Shown here: positions 46,952-55,911 of the stretch, piece by piece
Position numbering within the stretch: the first letter of the stretch is position 1
How the letters are laid out: each line of letters begins with the position of its first letter
Assembly (NCBI GenBank): GCA_033764015.1
Contig: JANRJK010000039.1
Location: 25,187-89,186 of the forward strand
Source: Candidatus Sumerlaeia bacterium
Lineage (GTDB): Bacteria; Sumerlaeota; Sumerlaeia; SLMS01; JANRJK01
Length of the DNA stretch: 64,000 nucleotides
Direction of reading: 5' to 3'
Program-made: the position numbers and the translations under genes
Notes under the pieces: model-generated
What the model was told of the DNA's origin: nothing
Database searches by the model: none
What the model saw: only the letters and a program-made list of their open reading frames with translations

Positions 46952-49549
46952 ATGCGCTGGCGGGCGGTCTTCCGCGCGCTCGTCGGCTGCTACGCGCGCC
47001 ACGAGCGGGGCCGCACCGCGCTCACGGTGCTCGGCGTCGCGCTCGGCGTCGCGGTGCTCATCGCCATCGACCTCGCCAACGAGTCCGCCGTCTCCAGCTT
47101 CAAGGGAACGCTCGACGACGTCGCCGGGCGCGCGCAGCTCACGGTGCGCGCCAACGGGTCCGCGCTGGACGGGGCGCTGGTCGCCCGCCTCGCCAAGGAG
47201 CCCGGCGTCCGAAGCGTCTCGCCGCTGATCGAAGGTCAAGCGCTGCACCGCCGCACGCCCGACGCCCCGCCCGAGACGCTCCTCGTGCTCGGCGTCGACC
47301 TGCTCGCGAGCGAGGAGCGCGATCCGCTTCCGGTCCGCGACATCGCCTTCACCCCCGAGAAGGACCGCCCGTTCACCAGCTTCCTGACCGATCCGCGAGT
47401 CGTGGTCGGCACACGACGCTTCGCCGACCGCGCGGGCGCTAGCGAAGGTGCCGAAGTGGAGTTCGAGATCAACGGCGCCCCCGTTCGGATGGTGCTTGGC
47501 GGCCTCATCTCCGGCGGCACGCTGGCGGACACGCTCGACGGCAATGTGCTGGTGGCGGACCTCGGCATCGCCGATGCGCTGCTAGGTCGCGGCGGGAAGC
47601 TCGACCGGATCGATCTCACGCTCGATGAAGGCGCGGACTCGGCGGAAGTGGCCGCGCGCCTCGCGGAGTCGCTTCCCGCGAACGCCCTCGTCGAACGCCC
47701 GGAGACCCGCGGCGAGCGCGTGGATGAAATGCTCGCCGCATTCCGCTTCAACCTGAACGCGCTCGGCCACATCTCGATCCTCGTCGGCGCGTTCCTGATC
47801 TTCAACACCATGAGCGTCGCCGTCGTCCGGCGGCGCCCCGCCATCGGCACGCTGCGCGCGCTCGGCGTTTCGCGCCGCGCGGTCGCCGCCGCCTTCCTCG
47901 CGGAGGGCTTCCTGATCGGAGCCATTGGTTCAGCGCTCGGGGTCCTCCTCGGAACGGGTCTCGCGCTTGCCATGCTCGACACCGTCAGCGCGGCGATCTC
48001 CATCAACTTCGTGCAGACCGACCCGACGCGGCTCGCGCCGGATGCGGGAATCGTGTTGGCGGGGGTGCTGCTTGGCATCGGCACATCGCTCGGAGCCGCG
48101 ATGGGTCCCGCGCTGGAGGCAGCCTCGACCCCCCCCGCGAACACCATGCGGCGGGGGAGCGCGGAGCGTGGTTCCGGCGGCGCGGTGCCCATGGCGGTGG
48201 CGGGCGCGGTGGCGTTCGCGCTTGCCGCGGCGCTTGCGCTTCGCGAGCCGCGCGGCACCGGCCTGCCGATCGGCGGTTACATCGCCGCGACGCTCGCCGT
48301 CGGCGCGTTCGTCGGATGGAGCCGGCTGGCGCTCGGCGGCGCCGCAAGCGGCCTCCGCGGCGTTTACTCGCGCCTCTTCGGCGCCGAGGGCCTGCTCGCC
48401 GTCGCCGGCACGCAGGCCACTCTGGGGCGCGCCACGGTCGCGGTCGCGGGTCTTCTTGTCAGCCTCGCCATGACGGTGGCCGTCGGCGTGATGGTGTCGA
48501 GCTTTCGCGGCACGGTGGTTGGCTGGATGGGCGAAGTGCTGCGCGCGGACTTGTATGTCTCCGCCGCGAGCCCGGGCGCCGGCGTCCGCCCCGCGCCGAT
48601 TCCCGCCGCGTTCGTCTCCGCCGCCGAGGCGATCCCCGGCGTCGAGGCGGTCGACCCCTTCCGCGGGCGCCGCATCGTCGTCAATGGGCGCGAGGCCTGG
48701 TTCGGCTCCGGACGCTTCGACATCGTGCGCTTCGAGAACCAGACCATGGAAGGCCGCCCGGCCGCCGAGGTCGTCCGCGAGGCGCTCGCGAACCGAGAGG
48801 CGATCGTCAGCGAGGCGTTCTCGCGCAAGCACCTCCTCGCGACCGGGGATTCGGTCGCCGTGCCCACCGCCGCGGGCGCGGTGGAACTGCGCATCGCCGG
48901 GGTGTACCGCGACTACTCGAGCGAGCAGGGCTATGTGATCGTGGACCGCTCGCTCTTCCTCGAGTTCTTCCCGGGCGAGACATCCGCGGATTCGCTCTCG
49001 CTCTACCTCGCCCCCGGGGCCGACCGCGCCGCGTTGCGCGAGCGCCTCGCCGCCCTGGCCGTCGAGGTGCCCGGCACTCCGGCGCTGCAAGTGCGCGCCA
49101 ACGACGAGCTCCGCGGCTTCGCCATCGAGGCGTTCGACAACACGTTCCGCGTCACCCACGCGCTCCAACTCATCGCGGTCGTGGTCGCCGTGCTCGGTGT
49201 CGCCGCGACGCTCCTGGCGCAGATCCTCGACCGGCAGCAGGAAATCACGACGCTCCGCCACCTCGGCGCCACCCAGTGGCGCGTGGCGAAGGTGATCGTG
49301 CTCGAATCGTCGCTGCTCGCGCTGGTCGGCGTCGCGCTCGGCGTGGGCGCGGGGCTCGCGCTCAGCTACATCCTCACCACCGTGATCATGCTTGAAAGCT
49401 TCGGCTGGACCATCGCCTTCGACGTGCCGTGGGGCCTCGTCGCGCAAAGCGCGCTGATCGTCTTCGTGGCGACGGTGTTGGCGGGATTGATCCCCTCGCG
49501 GGAGGCGGCGAAGCGCATGCGCTCCTCGGGACGGGTAGCGGTCGGTTAA
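46952..49549 (+). CDS. ABC transporter permease, duplicated FtsX/MacB-type
   Basis: RTALTVLGVALGVAV, two periplasmic domains, two FtsX C-domains (IGTLRALG; ITTLRHLGA). Confidence 0.9.
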   Translation: MRWRAVFRALVGCYARHERGRTALTVLGVALGVAVLIAIDLANESAVSSFKGTLDDVAGRAQLTVRANGSALDGALVARLAKEPGVRSVSPLIEGQALHRRTPDAPPETLLVLGVDLLASEERDPLPVRDIAFTPEKDRPFTSFLTDPRVVVGTRRFADRAGASEGAEVEFEINGAPVRMVLGGLISGGTLADTLDGNVLVADLGIADALLGRGGKLDRIDLTLDEGADSAEVAARLAESLPANALVERPETRGERVDEMLAAFRFNLNALGHISILVGAFLIFNTMSVAVVRRRPAIGTLRALGVSRRAVAAAFLAEGFLIGAIGSALGVLLGTGLALAMLDTVSAAISINFVQTDPTRLAPDAGIVLAGVLLGIGTSLGAAMGPALEAASTPPANTMRRGSAERGSGGAVPMAVAGAVAFALAAALALREPRGTGLPIGGYIAATLAVGAFVGWSRLALGGAASGLRGVYSRLFGAEGLLAVAGTQATLGRATVAVAGLLVSLAMTVAVGVMVSSFRGTVVGWMGEVLRADLYVSAASPGAGVRPAPIPAAFVSAAEAIPGVEAVDPFRGRRIVVNGREAWFGSGRFDIVRFENQTMEGRPAAEVVREALANREAIVSEAFSRKHLLATGDSVAVPTAAGAVELRIAGVYRDYSSEQGYVIVDRSLFLEFFPGETSADSLSLYLAPGADRAALRERLAALAVEVPGTPALQVRANDELRGFAIEAFDNTFRVTHALQLIAVVVAVLGVAATLLAQILDRQQEITTLRHLGATQWRVAKVIVLESSLLALVGVALGVGAGLALSYILTTVIMLESFGWTIAFDVPWGLVAQSALIVFVATVLAGLIPSREAAKRMRSSGRVAVG

Positions 49550-49561
49550 GGGAGCGGGGCC

Positions 49562-50269
49562 CTACCGCGTCTCCATCACTTGCTTCGCGTCCGGCAGCGA
49601 GCCGGTGAAGTTCTCGAGCGCCTCGAACACCGTCTTCTCGCGCTGGAACTGCGGGATCGGCGCCTCGTGGCCCATGCGGATCGACCCGGTCAGGAATGCG
49701 AATCGGTAAAGCGACACCTTCGCGTCCAGCGCGGCATCCATGGCGCCGGAGCTGTAGCGGTCGAAGAAGCCGATCCCGTGCTTCTCGAACAGGTGGTTCG
49801 CGAGCCAGGGCGAGCGCAGCGGCTGGCGGATCGTCGCGAGCGCCGGATTCGTCGCGGGCGCGCCGATGATTCCGCCGCAGAGCCGGAGCGACTTCTCGTC
49901 GTAGGCGAACGGCAATCCGGTGGCGTTGTTCGGCAGGTAGGCGAGCAGCGGCTCGAGCGCGGTCGCGTCGATCACGCTGCGGGGCAGGACGATGTCGCCG
50001 AGGCTGTAGCTGAAGCGCCCGACCGCGAGCGGCGCGGCCTCGACCTCGCCAAGCGCCAGCACGCGCCGCGCGCCCCGGTGCGCGAGCAGCCGCACCGCCA
50101 CGAAGGCCGCCTCCGGAGTCTCCTCCTCGACGCAAAGCAGGAGCGCGTCGTCGGTGGCGAGCCGTCCGCGCCATGCATAGAACGGCCCGTCCACCTCGCG
50201 GGTCCGCGAGCGGAGGGCTCTCGCGGCGCCCGCCGCGAGAGCCGTTCCGAAACAGGCCAGTCCGATCAT
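49562..50269 (-). CDS. Hypothetical protein, possibly degenerate nucleoside phosphorylase fold
   Basis: VLALG, LGDIVLP, TI..P segments recall the PNP/MTAN fold. 4-bp overlap with the upstream gene. Confidence 0.5.
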   Translation of the reverse strand: MIGLACFGTALAAGAARALRSRTREVDGPFYAWRGRLATDDALLLCVEEETPEAAFVAVRLLAHRGARRVLALGEVEAAPLAVGRFSYSLGDIVLPRSVIDATALEPLLAYLPNNATGLPFAYDEKSLRLCGGIIGAPATNPALATIRQPLRSPWLANHLFEKHGIGFFDRYSSGAMDAALDAKVSLYRFAFLTGSIRMGHEAPIPQFQREKTVFEALENFTGSLPDAKQVMETR

Positions 50270-51171
50270 TCGCCCTTGGGGGCTTCCTGCTGGGCTGGCT
50301 CCGCCTGCGGGGTGGCGCCCTGCGCCTCCTCGATGGCGGAGATGACCAATTGGTTGCCGGGCAGCAGCACGAGCGCGTTGCGGTACTCCTGCAGCGCCAG
50401 CTCGGGCCGCTTCATCTGCACCAGGATGCGTCCGCGGACGTAGTGGTTGTTCCAGTCGAACTTGTCGAGGTCGATCGCCTTCGAGGCGAACACCACCGCT
50501 TCCTCCAGCCGGTCCATCTGCGTGAGCGTGCGCGCGCGCTGGCGGTGCAGCGCCGCGTAGTTCGGATCCAGCGCGAGCCCGCGGTCGAGCGCGGCGAGCG
50601 ACGCGTCGTAGCTCCGGTCGAGCTGGAGGCGGCGTCCCTGCAGCAGGAGCGACAGCGGGCTGGGCTGCCCGATCTGCTCCGCGCGGCTGAGCATCCGCAT
50701 CGCGTCCGCGTCGTCCGTGGCGGTCATGGAGGCCATCAGCGAAACGTGCTGGTTGTTCGGCTGCGCCTGCAGCGCGCTCACGATGTTCTGCGTGATGCGA
50801 GGCATGATCGCCGGGGTGAGCGGCTCGTTCGGGAGCACGATCTCGATTGGATCGCCCTCGACGATGCGGACCGGTTCGATGATCGGGGCGAAGGATTCGG
50901 CGGTGGCGGTGAGGAGCCGAGTGCCGGTGGGGATGTCGCCGCGGATCGGCGTCAGCCCGAGGCGGGTGCCGTCGATGTAGACGTCGAACTGCGCCCCGTT
51001 CTGGGCGCGGATGATCATCGTCGCCTTCTTGTCGCTCTTCTCGATCTCACGCGGGAGGATGATCGGCTCGGCCGATCCCGGCTTGTTGATCAGCGCGGGT
51101 TCCTGCGCGTTCGCGCCCGCGAAGAGCGCTGCGGCGGCGCCGAGCGCCGCGAAGAGGTCAGTCGTTCTCAT
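50266..51171 (-). CDS. Exported PEGA-domain + TPR protein
   Basis: Signal peptide ending ANA-Q, PEGA-like VYIDG.RLGLTP, TPRs (LALDPNYAALH, KAIDLD, ALVLLPGN). Confidence 0.8.
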   Translation of the reverse strand: MRTTDLFAALGAAAALFAGANAQEPALINKPGSAEPIILPREIEKSDKKATMIIRAQNGAQFDVYIDGTRLGLTPIRGDIPTGTRLLTATAESFAPIIEPVRIVEGDPIEIVLPNEPLTPAIMPRITQNIVSALQAQPNNQHVSLMASMTATDDADAMRMLSRAEQIGQPSPLSLLLQGRRLQLDRSYDASLAALDRGLALDPNYAALHRQRARTLTQMDRLEEAVVFASKAIDLDKFDWNNHYVRGRILVQMKRPELALQEYRNALVLLPGNQLVISAIEEAQGATPQAEPAQQEAPKGE

Positions 51172-51370
51172 GGTTGTCCTTCCATTCTTCCCACCAGGCC
51201 ATTTGGATGGCCTCCAGTTTCGCCTCGTTCGACTGCTCCCGCGTGCCCTTGAACCCCTCGATGGCCAGGACGTAGCCGAGGAGGTCGGTGAAGCGCACCT
51301 GGAGCGGATCGACTTCCGGGTAGTTCTCGTACAGCTCGATGGCGATGTCTTCGACATCTTCGTAGTTCAT
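51158..51370 (-). CDS. iscX: Fe-S cluster assembly protein IscX
   Basis: DIAIELYENYPEVDPLQVRFTDL...SNEAKLEAIQMAW.EE is the IscX/YfhJ signature. Confidence 0.92.
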   Translation of the reverse strand: MNYEDVEDIAIELYENYPEVDPLQVRFTDLLGYVLAIEGFKGTREQSNEAKLEAIQMAWWEEWKDNHEND

Positions 51371-51499
51371 CGTCGGATGCCCCCGGGCGGGATCGGCGCG
51401 TCCGTCGCTGAAAGGACAGACTGGCGGAGGCTCGCGGGGTTTGGCCGCAGCCGCAACGGGGAAAGGGCCGGCGCCCCGCTTCGGCGCAGGGGGCCCACG

Positions 51500-52600
51500 C
51501 TAGCGCCCGCCCGCCGCTGGCCACTCGATACGGAGCAAGACCAAATCCTGGCGGTAAGCCTGCCCGGGTGAGCCGAAGGACTGCACGTAGGCGGCGATGC
51601 GGTCGCCGTCCGGCGAGAAATCGAAATCCGACGGCAGCGCGCGCCGACCGTCCAAGTGCTCGGGACTGCCCTTTCGGTTGAACCTCGTGAGTCGGCTCGC
51701 GGAACCGCCGTCGCGGCGCATCGCCCAGTACTCCGTGGTTGGCGTCATCCCGGAGCGCGGCTGCTCGATCCCGCGGGTCGTGGTCCAGACGATCCACTCG
51801 CCGTCGGGGGAGAAATGCGCGTGCTCGTCCCACTCTTCGTCGCGGGTGAGCCGCCGCGCCGAGCCGCTCGCCGCGTCCATGGCGAAGATGTCGAGCTTCC
51901 AATAGTCGGCCTTCGCAGGCGTCGCGCAGTAGAGCACCTCGCGGTCGTCCGGCGAAAAGCCGTGGACCTCGTAGAACGCCATGTTTCCCGGCGTCCGGTG
52001 CTCGACGCGGCCCAGTCGCGGCGGGGTGTCCCCGGCGGGAGGCGTGAACTCGGCGAAGGCGATACTCCAGCCGTTGCCGGGACGCAGCGCCGACCACACG
52101 AGGCGCTTTCCATCGTGCGAGAAGTGCGGGTGCAGCGCGCCCCCCCAGTCGCCGACGTCGGTCAACCGCCAGGCGCGCGTGCCGTCCGCCTCCGCCAACC
52201 AGAGGTCGTTGTTCACGCCGCCGCCCGGGCCGGTCATGTGCGACTGCGCGGCGGGTCCGACGCCGGGAATCGGCTTCAGCGCGGGATCGTGGACTTGGAA
52301 AACAAGCCATCGCCCGCCGGGGTGCCACCCCGGCTGCCCGGCGCTCCCCTTCGGAAGCGCCGCTAGCTTTCCGGAAACCGGCCGGAGGTCTCCACCACTC
52401 GGGTCCATCGTCCACAGTGTGAACTTCAGGTCCACGCCCAGCCGGTCCACGGCGAGGCGCGATCCATCGGCGGACCACGATACCCTGCCACCCCCACGAA
52501 GGACCCTCTCCGCCGCGACGACCCGGGGCTGCGCCCGCAGGAGCGGAGGAAGAGTGAGCAGTAGGAGGGCAACGGGGACTGCCAAGCGGAGGCTGATCAT
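51500..52600 (-). CDS. Exported TolB-like PD40 beta-propeller protein
   Basis: Signal peptide, repeated SWSADG, WHPGG, FSHDG, FSPDD, FSPDG blades. Confidence 0.82.
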   Translation of the reverse strand: MISLRLAVPVALLLLTLPPLLRAQPRVVAAERVLRGGGRVSWSADGSRLAVDRLGVDLKFTLWTMDPSGGDLRPVSGKLAALPKGSAGQPGWHPGGRWLVFQVHDPALKPIPGVGPAAQSHMTGPGGGVNNDLWLAEADGTRAWRLTDVGDWGGALHPHFSHDGKRLVWSALRPGNGWSIAFAEFTPPAGDTPPRLGRVEHRTPGNMAFYEVHGFSPDDREVLYCATPAKADYWKLDIFAMDAASGSARRLTRDEEWDEHAHFSPDGEWIVWTTTRGIEQPRSGMTPTTEYWAMRRDGGSASRLTRFNRKGSPEHLDGRRALPSDFDFSPDGDRIAAYVQSFGSPGQAYRQDLVLLRIEWPAAGGR

Positions 52601-52679
52601 GGGGGCACCCGAGGCGAAAGCTAGCATCAACACATGTTACGCTTCCAGGTGGTCAGGAATCACGCTTGAACTTTGGAAA

Positions 52680-52825
52680 AGCGACGCCCTTCCGCTCAGA
52701 GGTGCGGGCCCTGTCGCTAAGGGAGATGGGCATCCCGTCTCCGAGCGCCGATGGTCGGGTTGTCGGAGGCGCTTCGCCTTGCGGCCCGGCGCGTCGGGCC
52801 GCCTACTACGCCAGCGCCTCCGGCG
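52680..52825 (+). promoter_or_regulatory. Structured 5' leader of nadA (candidate cis-regulatory RNA)
   Basis: Three consecutive predicted helices. The last (CGGAGGCGCT 52764-52773 / AGCGCCTCCG 52813-52822, enclosing an 8-bp inner stem) ends next to the GGAG RBS. Confidence 0.3.
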
Positions 52826-52836
52826 CCGGAGCCTTA

Positions 52837-53976
52837 ATGAACAGCACCTCCACGAAAGCCGCGATCCCGCCCGCGGAGTTCGACCTCTACAGCATCCCGC
52901 CCCTGATCGGCAACGATGCCGTCGCACCCGCCCTCCGCGGCAGGATCCGAGCAGCCCGCGCCCGCCTCGGCGCCCGGGTCGCCGTCCTCGGCCACCACTA
53001 CCAGCGCGACGATGTCATCGCCTTCGCCGACAAGCGCGGCGACTCCCTCGACTTGTCCGCATACGCCGCGGACCTCCCGTCGGTCGAGTATGTCGTCTTC
53101 TGCGGCGTCCACTTCATGGCGGAGACCGCGGACATCCTCACCGACGCCTCGGTGCGCGTGATCCTCCCGGACCTGCGAGCCGGGTGCTCCATGGCCGACA
53201 TGGCGGAAATCGATCAGGTCGAGATGGCGTGGGATGTCCTGCGCGCCGCCACGCCGGAGACCATCATTCCGATCACGTACATCAACTCGACCGCCGACCT
53301 GAAGGCTTTCTGCGGCCGCAACGGCGGCGCCGTCTGCACCAGCAGCAACGCCCGCCGCGTGGTGCAGTGGGCGCTCGAACGCGGGTCGAAGGTCCTCTTC
53401 TTCCCCGACCAGCACCTCGGGCGGAACACCTGCCACGACCTCGGCGTCGCGCTCGACGACATGGTGGTCTACGACCCCCACGACCCCAACGAGCGCACCG
53501 GCGGCAATCCGCTTTCGGCCTACGCGGAGAAGCGCGCGATCCTCTGGCGCGGGCACTGCTCGGTGCACATGAACTTCAAGCCGAACCACCCGGACCTCTG
53601 GCGCCAGCGCGTCCCCGGCATCAACATCATCGTCCACCCCGAGTGCCAGTTCGAAGTCGTCCACAACGCCGACCTCGCGGGCTCGACCAAGTTCATCATT
53701 GAAACTGTCGCTAACTCTCCGACCGGCTCCAAGTGGGCCATCGGAACCGAGCACCACTTGGTGGACCGGTTGAGGCAGGAGCACCCGGACAAGTTCATCA
53801 CGAGCCTGGCGCCCTACGCCTGCCAGTGCTCGACGATGTTCCGCATCTCCCCGGAAGCGCTTTGCGCGACCCTGGAGAACCTCGCGGATGGCCGCGAGCG
53901 CAACGTGGTGTCCGTGCCCGAGGAGACCGCGAAGTGGGCAACCGTCGCGCTCGAGCGGATGCTGGAACTGCGATGA
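52837..53976 (+). CDS. nadA: Quinolinate synthase NadA (Bacillus-type)
   Basis: LGHHYQRD, GDSL, FCGVHFMAETA, AGCSMA, YINST, CTSSNA, PDQHLG.N, GHCSVH, HPEC, GTE, CQCSTM. Confidence 0.96.
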   Translation: MNSTSTKAAIPPAEFDLYSIPPLIGNDAVAPALRGRIRAARARLGARVAVLGHHYQRDDVIAFADKRGDSLDLSAYAADLPSVEYVVFCGVHFMAETADILTDASVRVILPDLRAGCSMADMAEIDQVEMAWDVLRAATPETIIPITYINSTADLKAFCGRNGGAVCTSSNARRVVQWALERGSKVLFFPDQHLGRNTCHDLGVALDDMVVYDPHDPNERTGGNPLSAYAEKRAILWRGHCSVHMNFKPNHPDLWRQRVPGINIIVHPECQFEVVHNADLAGSTKFIIETVANSPTGSKWAIGTEHHLVDRLRQEHPDKFITSLAPYACQCSTMFRISPEALCATLENLADGRERNVVSVPEETAKWATVALERMLELR

Positions 53977-53983
53977 CCGGGGT

Positions 53984-54406
53984 CTAGCCGGCGAGCCAGC
54001 CTTCGAGCATCGCGAAGCGTTCCGGCGATAGCCGCCGCGGGCGCCCGTCGCGCCCCATGTAGGCGTGGTGCGTGGCGGCGGTCGCGATCAGCGCGCCGTC
54101 AGCGGGGCGGAGCACTTCGTAGGCGAACGACAGCCGCGCGCGCGTCAGCGTGCTGAGCCGCGCGCGGATCTCCAGCAGGTCGTCGTAGCGGCCCGGCTGC
54201 CGCCAGGACGCCTCCGCCGACAGCAGCGGCATGTAGAAGCCGTCGTCCTCCCACGCCTTGTAGCTGTCGCCCAGCGAGCGGAGGAACTCCACGCGCGCCG
54301 TCTCGAAGTACACGAAGTACTTCGAGTGGTGCAGGAACTCCATGCGGTCCACGTCGGCGTAGCCGACGCGCTGGGTCCATACGAAGACGCGATCCTCAGC
54401 CCCCAC
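53984..54406 (-). CDS. YbgC/4HBT-family acyl-CoA thioesterase
   Basis: RVGYADVDRM..LHHSKY..YFETAR, P.RYDD.L hot-dog fold signature. Confidence 0.88.
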   Translation of the reverse strand: MGAEDRVFVWTQRVGYADVDRMEFLHHSKYFVYFETARVEFLRSLGDSYKAWEDDGFYMPLLSAEASWRQPGRYDDLLEIRARLSTLTRARLSFAYEVLRPADGALIATAATHHAYMGRDGRPRRLSPERFAMLEGWLAG

Positions 54407-55241
54407 GGGTAAGGTCCGCTTCGACCGCTGACAGCTCGGAAGGCTGGAGCATCGCGCCGTACTCGACCCCGCCGCTGAACCGCTTCAGGTCGAGGTGCAT
54501 CAGCGCCCAGCGTTCGTGCGTCCGGTGGGCGACGATGGAGCCCAGCTCGTCCTTACCCCAGTAGACCGCTTCCCAGCCCGTGCTGCCGAACTTGATCGAG
54601 ACGCGTCGCCCGCGGACGAGAAGCTGCTCCGGGGGCGGAGTTGTGAAGTTCGGGAGCGGCACGGCGCTGCTGCTCTTGGACTCGCCGCCGGACTCGAAAA
54701 CCTCCGGGATGAGGCGCACGTCCTCGTAATCGAGCAGGTGGAAGATCACCAGATCCCGTTCCCAGCGCAGGTTTGTCGCCAGATGGTCCAAGTAGTTCGG
54801 CGCGATACGGCCGATGGCGCGCACATCGTAGTTCGCGATCGGGATGCCCTGCGGCTTCACCCGCCCGCTCGGCGTCAGCGCGTAGACGAGGTCGTAGTCG
54901 CGGTCCTTCATCTTCCCCCGGTAGACCGCTATCGTCTCGTCTTCGAAGAACAGGATCGTCCCCGTGAGGTAGGCGCCCCCGGGACCAGTGGCGACCACTT
55001 CGCGTCGCAGGACGCCGGTCGCCGAGGAGGGAGAGACCGGCTGCGGCGCGCGCGGGGTCTGCGGCGGAGCAGCCGGAGCCGTCGGCGCCGAGCCGAGCCA
55101 CGGCGCGCCGGTCGACGACTTGCGTTCCTCCGGCGGTGGCCATGCCGGCGGCGGGGCCGCCGACGCCTTCCGCTCCTTGTCGAGAACGCTCTGGGCGAGC
55201 TTCTTCAGGTAATTCGTCTCTTCCGCGTCGGGACGGCTCAA
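54396..55241 (-). CDS. Hypothetical protein with Pro-rich N-terminal linker and two compact domains
   Basis: Protein-like composition, overlaps the thioesterase start, sigma70-like promoter upstream. Confidence 0.7.
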   Translation of the reverse strand: MSRPDAEETNYLKKLAQSVLDKERKASAAPPPAWPPPEERKSSTGAPWLGSAPTAPAAPPQTPRAPQPVSPSSATGVLRREVVATGPGGAYLTGTILFFEDETIAVYRGKMKDRDYDLVYALTPSGRVKPQGIPIANYDVRAIGRIAPNYLDHLATNLRWERDLVIFHLLDYEDVRLIPEVFESGGESKSSSAVPLPNFTTPPPEQLLVRGRRVSIKFGSTGWEAVYWGKDELGSIVAHRTHERWALMHLDLKRFSGGVEYGAMLQPSELSAVEADLTRGG

Positions 55242-55295
55242 TCTGATCGCTCCGTTGTGGGTCGCGGCGTGCGGGGTCCGCTTCCATGATAGGAC

Positions 55296-55324
55296 ATACT
55301 GTTCCTTGGACTTGCGATTGTCAA
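55296..55324 (-). promoter_or_regulatory. Sigma70-type promoter for the 55241 gene
   Basis: Minus strand TTGACA, 17-bp spacer, CAGTAT in an AT-richer intergenic gap. Confidence 0.5.
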
Positions 55325-55326
55325 TG

Positions 55327-55821
55327 TTACCGGACCATGGCTCCCGTGGCGCCGCTTCCCGCCGGCGCCGTTGAAGTGCCGAAAAACTCGATCAGGAACG
55401 GCGACTCCCCGGTGACCGTTGGAACGATGCGCGCACCGGCCCCAATCTGGAGCGGCGGATCGTACGAGTACTCCACTGTCTCGCCCGGCGCCTGGAGGTA
55501 GAAGTACGCAAGCGGCACCGTGCGGTCCGGAGGCGCGGCGATGGACACCTGCAGGCGCTGGGACCCCGACGCCGCCGTGGAGGATTGGTAGCTGAGCCGA
55601 ACACGCGTCACAAAGAGCGCGTCGTCGGCGGTGAAGTCGTAGGTGTTGTTCGTTCCCGGGCTCTGAAGGAAGAGCTGGCGGACGCTCCCGGCGTCCCGCT
55701 TGAAGCGCGACCAAGTCGTCCCGGCGGTGTCGACCGCCTGAGAGGGAATTTGGAGGAGGGCGAAGAGCGCGGCTCCAAGGATCGCGGCCGACGTGGCGGC
55801 GAGTGTCTTTGCGCGGTTCAT
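55327..55821 (-). CDS. Hypothetical secreted beta-sandwich protein
   Basis: AAAGGA RBS, signal peptide ending SQA-V, alternating beta-strand pattern. Confidence 0.7.
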   Translation of the reverse strand: MNRAKTLAATSAAILGAALFALLQIPSQAVDTAGTTWSRFKRDAGSVRQLFLQSPGTNNTYDFTADDALFVTRVRLSYQSSTAASGSQRLQVSIAAPPDRTVPLAYFYLQAPGETVEYSYDPPLQIGAGARIVPTVTGESPFLIEFFGTSTAPAGSGATGAMVR

Positions 55822-55911
55822 AGTTGGTTTTCCTTTGGGGCGCCATCAATGGCGGCGACCCTTTGCTTGTCGCTGACGGACCCGACCGGCGCAATGGCAG
55901 GCCGGGTGGGA

